The notes beneath the pieces were generated by a model. It was given only the letters and a program-made list of their open reading frames with translations. It did not search any database and was not told where the DNA came from. Shown here in pieces: positions 26,456 through 32,000 of a stretch of 32,000 bases of DNA (the stretch's first letter is position 1; each line of letters begins with the position of its first letter). The stretch comes from Rhizobiaceae bacterium (GTDB taxonomy: Bacteria; Pseudomonadota; Alphaproteobacteria; Rhizobiales; Rhizobiaceae): positions 670,536-702,535 of the forward strand of contig OZ001228.1 in NCBI GenBank assembly GCA_963921345.3, given 5' to 3'. The translations under genes were made by a program, and so were the position numbers.

Positions 26456-27639
26456 ATGTTGACTTTGCGCGATCGACGGACGAATGATCTCTTTGATCAC
26501 TGGTCCTTTCTTGGGGAGAAACGCCGGCAGTTACTGGAACGATCCTGGGCCGGTGTTTTTCGTTGTCATCTTCTTCAGGCTCTTCCGGTCGAAGCTTTTT
26601 GCGGTCATTTCAACGACCGTCTTGGCCGACCCTCGAAAGATCTTCATGTTGTCATCGGCGCCCTGCTGTTGCAGCAGTTACAGGATCTGACTGACGCACA
26701 AACGGTGGAAGCTCTTGCCTTCAATATGGCTTGGCACTACGCCCTTGACATCAGAACGGAATCTGACAGCTATTTTTGCGAAAAGACCGTCCGAAACTAT
26801 CGCCGCCGTGTCATTGATGACGGTCTCGACGAGGTCATGTTTCGCGCGTTGACGGATCGTTTGATGGTTGCATTCGATGTTGATGCGAGCCGACAACGGA
26901 TGGACTCGACAGCTCTTCGCTCGGCAATGCGCAGTCTGACGCGGCTCGGCATCGTTGTCGAGGGGATCGCAAAATTCGTTCGCGAGCTCTCGCGCCATCA
27001 TCCTGATTTGCATGCCCGGATCAGTACGGATGTGATCCGCCGCTATGTCGACCGTGAGGGCGATAGCGCCTTTGCCCACACTGCTCCAAGCGTTTCCAGA
27101 CGACGCCTTGGCGAGGCTGGCCAGGACCTCCTGGCTATTGTTATGCAATTCCGCGACACACCGGCGGCGACGCTTGAAAGTTTTGTCATTCTTGAGCGGG
27201 TTCTCCGTGATCAATTCGAAATCAGTGATCGAGACGACGACAAGGCCGGCCTCACTGCGGTCATTCGTGATCCCAAGGATGTGCCCTGTGACACCGTTGG
27301 TAATCCGGCCGATCCCGACGCCAGCTTCAACGCGCACAAAGGTCATGGCTATCTCGCACAGATCGTTGAAACGTACTGTGAGGATGAAGAGAGTGGGAAT
27401 GGGGGCATCGCGATGGCGCCTAATCTGATCACCTATGTGAGCGTCAATAAAATGACGATCCACGATGGTCACCGTCTGCCGGATGCGCTCGACGAACTTG
27501 CCGCACGCTCGCTGACGCCAAAGGTCATGCTGGCCGATTCCCACTATGGCTGCGACGACAATATGGCGCTGACCAAAGAACGTGATATCGACCTCGTAGC
27601 GCCTGCTCGACCAGCCAAAGGCGCGCGCTCCGGGCGGAT
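26456..27639 (+). pseudogene. IS1182-like transposase, N-terminal fragment (interrupted)
   Basis: N-terminal DUF772-type region (FDHWSFLGEKRRQLLERSWAGVF...PSKDLHVVIGALLLQQLQDLTDAQTVEALAFNMAWHYAL). The frame runs into the IS21 left end at 27640. Confidence 0.75.
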
Positions 27640-27796
27640 TGTAGGGCGACAGTTCATTTTGACCGTAAGGCGACAGCTACCTTTACGAGGTGGCAACAGC
27701 CTTAGCTCATCGATTTTCCGTCAACAATTGGCGGAAAAAGACGATGAGCTTTCTCGCAAAAGAGGAACGGACAGCCATGGCTGTATTGTTGAAACA

Positions 27797-27850
27797 GGGG
27801 CATTCCCAGAGCGCTAGTGGCGCGGGCTTCTCGGGGCATTCCCAGAGCGC
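27797..27850 (+). repeat. 18-bp perfect direct repeat GGGGCATTCCCAGAGCGC x2 (27797-27814, 27833-27850)
   Basis: Read directly. Located in the 5' region of istA where the reading frame changes. Confidence 0.85.
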
Positions 27851-27898
27851 ACGGAGGGCACGGTTCGATATCATCACAAGCGCCGATCGGCGGGCGTA

Positions 27899-29020
27899 TT
27901 GGATGGTAGGTCCAAGCAGACATTCAAGGCCGCCGATTATGCGGAAGCGATCTCGCATTGGCGCTCTCAGCAAGAGGACGGCCGTGTAAACCTGGTGGAT
28001 CTTCATCGGTGGCTGCAGCGCGAGCATGGTTATGGCGGGAGCCTGCGATCGGTTCAGAGATATTGGAAGGCGACGTATCCGGCCCCGAAGGTCCGGGCGA
28101 GACGTCGTGTTGAGACGCCGGCCGGCGCACAGGCCCAGGTGGACTGGGCGGAGTTTCCCGGCGTGGTTCTTGGCGACGAGGTTGTCGATCTTTCTGCCTT
28201 GATCGTGACGCTTTCTTGGAGCCGCAAACGGGCGGTTGTCTGGTCTCGTTCGAAGGACATGTTGTCCTGGCAGTCTTGCAATACGGCGTGTTTGCGTCGC
28301 TTGGGCGGTTCAGTCGCGGTTCTGCGCATCGACAACGTGAAGACGGCGATCTCCAAGGGGGCCGGCGCCTGGGGCGTCATCAACGAGACGTATCGGCGCT
28401 TTGCAGCGCAACTGAACTTCCATGTCGACGCCTGCCAACCTCGGCATCCGGAGGGAAAGGGTAAAGTCGAGAGACATGTGCGCGACCTTCGTGAGACGGT
28501 TGATCCTCGCAAGGAGGCCTTTGACAGCCTGGAACAGCTGCAGGCCGTGACCGATGCGCGGCTTGAAGAGCGTGCCGGCCGCCTGCGGTGCCCGGCGACC
28601 GGCACCAGTGTCGCCGAAGCGTGGGAACAGGAGCGTCGTCTTCTGACGCCATTGCCCGAGACGCTGCCGGAACCGTTCGACATCGTCGTGCGCAGGCCCG
28701 TCGGAATTGACTGCCTCGTCAGCTTCGAAGGCCGACAATACAGCGTGCCGTTCCGTTTCGTCGGCCAGGACGTGGAGGTGCGCGGTCTGGCCGGGCACGT
28801 GCAGATCCTCAAGAATGCCGAAGTGATCGCCATGCATCCGCGCCGCACCGAGCGGCTGATCGTGTGTGACGATGCACACTTCGATGGTGATGACACCGAT
28901 CGTGTCCGCGCGCCGATGCCGCTTGGCAAGATGGGGCGAGGCCTTCAGGCGCTGGCGGCCAGCAATGTTCAGCAGCGCTCGATCGACATCTACGCCCGTC
29001 TGGCGGAGGTGGCCCGATGA
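27899..29020 (+). CDS. istA: IS21-family transposase IstA (main ORF; N-terminal HTH lies in another frame)
   Basis: DDE-type core after VDWAEFPGV..., overlapping istB (ATGA 29017). The track start is TTG 27899. The same frame is open upstream back to a TAG at 27815 and encodes ...TEGTVRYHHKRRSAGVLDGRSKQ. The expected first HTH (MSFLAKEERTAMAVLLKQGHSQSA, ATG 27744) is in frame 3. Confidence 0.7.
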   Translation: MDGRSKQTFKAADYAEAISHWRSQQEDGRVNLVDLHRWLQREHGYGGSLRSVQRYWKATYPAPKVRARRRVETPAGAQAQVDWAEFPGVVLGDEVVDLSALIVTLSWSRKRAVVWSRSKDMLSWQSCNTACLRRLGGSVAVLRIDNVKTAISKGAGAWGVINETYRRFAAQLNFHVDACQPRHPEGKGKVERHVRDLRETVDPRKEAFDSLEQLQAVTDARLEERAGRLRCPATGTSVAEAWEQERRLLTPLPETLPEPFDIVVRRPVGIDCLVSFEGRQYSVPFRFVGQDVEVRGLAGHVQILKNAEVIAMHPRRTERLIVCDDAHFDGDDTDRVRAPMPLGKMGRGLQALAASNVQQRSIDIYARLAEVAR

Positions 29021-29796
29021 CGTCTCGGAGCATAAAACTGGATATTGACGTAACCCGCGAGAAGCTGGACGCACTCGGCCTTGGCTACGCATCCGAGGCG
29101 CTGGACACTTTGCTGTCGGAGGCCGTCAGCACCGAGATGTCCGCTCACCAGTTACTTGAACGGATTCTCGATATTGAGCGTGCCGGCCGCGAAGAACGGC
29201 GCATCAAGACGATGATGAAGACGTCGAAAATCCCGACCGGGCAGACGTTGGAAAACTTTGATTTTGCCTTCCAGCCGGCAATCGAGCGTTCCCGCATCGA
29301 CACCTTGGCGACCGGGGCCTGGATCCGGAATGCCGAGGTTGTCCTGCTTCAGGGGCCGCCCGGGGTCGGGAAGTCGCACTTGCTCGTGGGACTGGGCATC
29401 CGGGCGATCCAACTCGGCTTCTCAGTCCAGTACTATCGCTTTGATGAACTGCTGACGGCCATCAAGGCGGACGCGCTTCTGCCGCCTACAAGGCTAAAGG
29501 GCCGGAAATACATGTCCAGTTCGCTGCTGCTGATCGATGAAATGGGTTTTGATCCGATGAACCGGGAAGAGGCCGGCCTCTTCTTCCGGCTGGTCAGCTA
29601 TCGCTACGCTCGGGGTGCGATGATCATCACCACCAACAAGAGCATTCGCGACTGGACCGAGTTGCTCGCCGGCGATGAAGTCCTTGCTGCCGCGATCCTC
29701 GATCGGCTCCTTCACCGATCTCATGTGCTCAACATCAAAGGCCGCTCATATCGGCTGCGCGACCTCGAAGAACTTCTGACAAAAGAGAGCGCCTGA
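29017..29796 (+). CDS. istB: IS21-family helper ATPase IstB
   Basis: Walker A QGPPGVGKSH, Walker B LLLIDEMGF, typical 259 aa length. Overlaps the istA stop. Confidence 0.9.
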   Translation: MTSRSIKLDIDVTREKLDALGLGYASEALDTLLSEAVSTEMSAHQLLERILDIERAGREERRIKTMMKTSKIPTGQTLENFDFAFQPAIERSRIDTLATGAWIRNAEVVLLQGPPGVGKSHLLVGLGIRAIQLGFSVQYYRFDELLTAIKADALLPPTRLKGRKYMSSSLLLIDEMGFDPMNREEAGLFFRLVSYRYARGAMIITTNKSIRDWTELLAGDEVLAAAILDRLLHRSHVLNIKGRSYRLRDLEELLTKESA

Positions 29797-29815
29797 ACGG
29801 GCAAATTTTGGCGCC

Positions 29816-29847
29816 GCGATTTGGGGGGCGTACGCCCCCCAAATCGC
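29816..29847. repeat. perfect palindrome, 15-bp arms (GCGATTTGGGGGGCG TA CGCCCCCCAAATCGC)
   Basis: Read directly. Lies 20 nt after the istB stop, inside the IS21 right end. No T-tract follows, so I do not call it an intrinsic terminator. Confidence 0.85.
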
Positions 29848-29909
29848 GCTGTCCTCGTAACACTGGGTGTCGTCTTAACTCGTAAGTGTAGGTGTCGCTT
29901 GACACGGAT

Positions 29910-30333
29910 CACCCTGGAGGACTTCGTCCTCGATGACCGGGGACTGGTTGTCCGGTGCCCGAATGATGTCGCGCCCGTCTCGGTCTCAGCCGCGACGGTC
30001 AAGCTGCAGGCCCGTTTTGACCTGTCCATCTGCCGGGCATGCTCGCATGCGCAGCAATGCCCGGTAAAGGCGGCCAGGAATGACAGCCAATTTGCGCGGT
30101 TCCAATACACCCCAAAAAGGGCCGCATATCAAAAGCGTCGGTTGTATGAGAAGAGTGAAGCCTTTCGCGACATTTATCGCTGGCGCGCCGGCATCGAAGC
30201 AACCATGTCCCGCCTCAAACGCCAGATGAACATGACGAACCTGCGTATCCGAGGCATGAGCGCCATGCGCTATGTCGTCCATCTGCGGGCACTTGGGCTC
30301 AACATTCACCGATGTGCCGCTGCGGAGCCGTAA
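29910..30333 (+). pseudogene. IS1182-like transposase, C-terminal fragment
   Basis: Deleting 27640-29909 joins ...ARSGR-I-TLEDFVLDD... in frame and restores a 535-aa ORF. C-terminus CRACSHAQQCP...YRWRAGIEATMSRLKRQMNMTNLRIRGM is typical of this transposase family. Confidence 0.75.
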
Positions 30334-30510
30334 AGTGGCCCGGCAGGGCCAAAACGGCGCACAAAAAATTCTGAAATGGCCGAGGCAGCCATTTCAACAT
30401 CCGGACCTACCGAAGAACCACAGATTATGATCGATCTGGGAATACTCAGCGCCAAGTTTCCAAATAGCCTTTTTACCGCCCCATCAACAATTGGGGAAGC
30501 GGGTAAAGCG

Positions 30511-32000
30511 GTGCAGTTCCTAGAAGGTGGTCCCGAAATTCCAGATGAACTCCTGCTCGCGCTTGATGAGGGGCGCGTGGTTTTCTTCTGTGGCGCGGGT
30601 GTTTCTCGTGCCAAGGCCGGTTTGCCGGATTTCTTCTGTCTGGCGAAGCAAGTTTTGGACACGCTTAGTGTTCCTGACGACTCTCCTGCCATCAGGATTC
30701 TCGATGAGGCACGCGCAATAGAAGATCGAACAGGCGTGCCCGGTTTGATTTCAGTCGATCGTGTGTTTGGCCTTCTTGAGCGCGACTTTCTGGAAAGTGA
30801 TATAGAACGCGCAGTCGCGCAAGCGCTCAAACGCGAAAATGGCGTTAATCTGGAGGCACATGAACTTCTTCTGGACCTGGCCACGACCAGGGAAGGTGTC
30901 ACGAAGCTGGTAACGACCAACTTCGACCGTTTGTTTGAAAGTTGCGGGCGCGGGCAGAAAACATGGCAACCGCCTGGACTGCCTGACCCGGCAAGACCCG
31001 GAGACCTGCACGGGATCGTCTACCTGCATGGTCGTGCGACAAAAGAGTACGACGGTTGCGAAGGTGACGGTTTCGTTTTGTCGAGTGCCGATTTCGGTCG
31101 GGCCTATCTCGCGGGAGGTTGGGCAATCCGTTTTTTCAAAGACGTTATAGACCGCTATACCGTGGTGTTCATTGGCTACAGCGCCGATGACCCGCCGGTT
31201 CAATATCTGCTCGAAGCCTTGAAAAAGTCTGGAGGAAAGCTCGATGATGTTTATGCTTTTCAATCCGGCGATGCGGAAGACGCAAGCGCGCGCTGGTCAT
31301 ATAAAGGCGTTAAAGCTATCTCCTACGACAGCACGGACGGACATGCAGCGCTATGGGAGACCCTCAAGGAATGGGCTAAACGCGCGCGGGACCCCGAAGG
31401 CTGGCAGGCTCGGACCATAGCGATGGCCCGGCGTGGCCCCGAAGCTCTTTCGCCTGTTGAACGGGAGCAGGTCGCGCATTTGGTTTCGACCAGGGATGGT
31501 GCAAGAAAGTTCCTCGAAAGTGACCCGCCTGCGCCAGCGACCTGGCTTTGTGTTTTCGATAAATCAATTCGCTATTCGAACCCGGGCACAATCAGTTCCG
31601 GCGAAAACAAAGGCAAAGTTATAGATTCGTTTTCCTTGTACGGCTTGACCAGCGACCCTGTACCCACGCCAATTCATCCGGAAGACATCGATCCAAAACG
31701 CGAAATCCCGAGAACAGCGTGGGACGCCTTCGCACTCAACCGCCGGGACTGGCTGGAATTGGGGGACGAGCACATAACACCCATGCGTGGCAGCCAATCT
31801 CTCTATGCGCGTCAATTGCCAGACAGAATTGCTAAACTAGGGCTTTGGATTGGAAAGGTATCCAATCAAAATGCGGCTGTATGGTGGGGTGCACGGCAGA
31901 GCGGCTTGCACCCGGCCATCCAGCAAATAATACGACTAAATTTGGAGAAAGGTGAGGCAGATTATGCCCCTCACATCTTCCAGGCTTGGCATTATCTTTT
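30511..32000 (+). CDS. SIR2-family (SIR2_2-type) protein, 3'-partial at window edge
   Basis: Not in the ORF track because there is no stop in the window. I translated frame 1 by hand from 30334 to 32000 and found no stop. Motifs VVFFCGAGVS, VTTNFD, IVYLHGR, FIGYSADDP. The start is uncertain: GTG 30511 is 18 nt past the IS target duplication, and in-frame ATGs at 30376 and 30427 lie inside the IS. Confidence 0.7.
   Translation, partial: MQFLEGGPEIPDELLLALDEGRVVFFCGAGVSRAKAGLPDFFCLAKQVLDTLSVPDDSPAIRILDEARAIEDRTGVPGLISVDRVFGLLERDFLESDIERAVAQALKRENGVNLEAHELLLDLATTREGVTKLVTTNFDRLFESCGRGQKTWQPPGLPDPARPGDLHGIVYLHGRATKEYDGCEGDGFVLSSADFGRAYLAGGWAIRFFKDVIDRYTVVFIGYSADDPPVQYLLEALKKSGGKLDDVYAFQSGDAEDASARWSYKGVKAISYDSTDGHAALWETLKEWAKRARDPEGWQARTIAMARRGPEALSPVEREQVAHLVSTRDGARKFLESDPPAPATWLCVFDKSIRYSNPGTISSGENKGKVIDSFSLYGLTSDPVPTPIHPEDIDPKREIPRTAWDAFALNRRDWLELGDEHITPMRGSQSLYARQLPDRIAKLGLWIGKVSNQNAAVWWGARQSGLHPAIQQIIRLNLEKGEADYAPHIFQAWHYL

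Larger units (their letters stand above)
27640..29904 (+). mobile_element. IS21-family insertion sequence (2265 bp) with 5-bp target duplication CGGAT
   Basis: Termini TGTAGGGCGACAG... and ...GTGTCGCTTGACA (TGT-N3-GCGACA shared). Subterminal repeats GTAAGGCGACAG (27665) on the left; CTGTCCTCGTAACA (29849) and GTGTCGTCTTAAC (29867) on the right. CGGAT at 27635-27639 and 29905-29909. Carries istA and istB. Confidence 0.85.
26402..30484 (+). mobile_element. IS1182-like (IS5/IS1182 superfamily) insertion sequence, 1813 bp native, interrupted by a nested IS21-family element
   Basis: Perfect terminal inverted repeats ATGGGGCGGTAAAAAG (26402-26417) and CTTTTTACCGCCCCAT (30469-30484). Flanked by direct CAACAATTG (26393-26401 and 30485-30493). 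Because of local symmetry, the IR may be 16-19 bp and the duplication 9-3 bp. Confidence 0.8.

Noticed and set aside
27797-27850. Direct repeats, here and at 12491-12530, considered as a possible CRISPR array
   Set aside because: There are only two 18-bp copies, and four contiguous 10-bp units without spacers. There is no repeat-spacer periodicity and no cas genes.

Overview
High-GC DNA (sampled 60-nt lines ~65-70% GC). Every credible gene is on the + strand; the long minus-strand ORFs in the track look like shadow frames. Three blocks. (1) 1-12288 is a Mu-like transposable prophage fragment: transposase C-terminus, MuB-like ATPase, Gam, GcrA-like regulator, GemA-like protein, a frameshifted beta-class DNA methyltransferase, a Mor-like activator, gp27-like small terminase, large terminase, portal and MuF. 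It stops right after MuF, with no capsid, tail or lysis genes. (2) 12289-12556 is a repeat-rich non-coding junction. It ends in a TG..CA-type terminus exactly where a 5'-truncated SNF2/DUF3883 helicase becomes recognisable. (3) 12529-32000 is a defence island. It holds a five-gene, translationally coupled R-M-like operon: helicase, ABC-type ATPase, 150-aa unknown, DUF1156 methyltransferase, HEPN-DUF499 ATPase. The ATPase plus 150-aa pair is clearly more AT-rich and looks like a nested module. Downstream are an overlapping AlbA_2/Schlafen-like plus long ParA-like pair, an IS1182-like element interrupted by an IS21-family element (both with readable terminal repeats and target duplications), and a SIR2-family gene running off the window whose 5' flank carries the IS. 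I saw no rRNA, tRNA or CRISPR array. All product calls come from motif and family recognition by eye; no searches were run.
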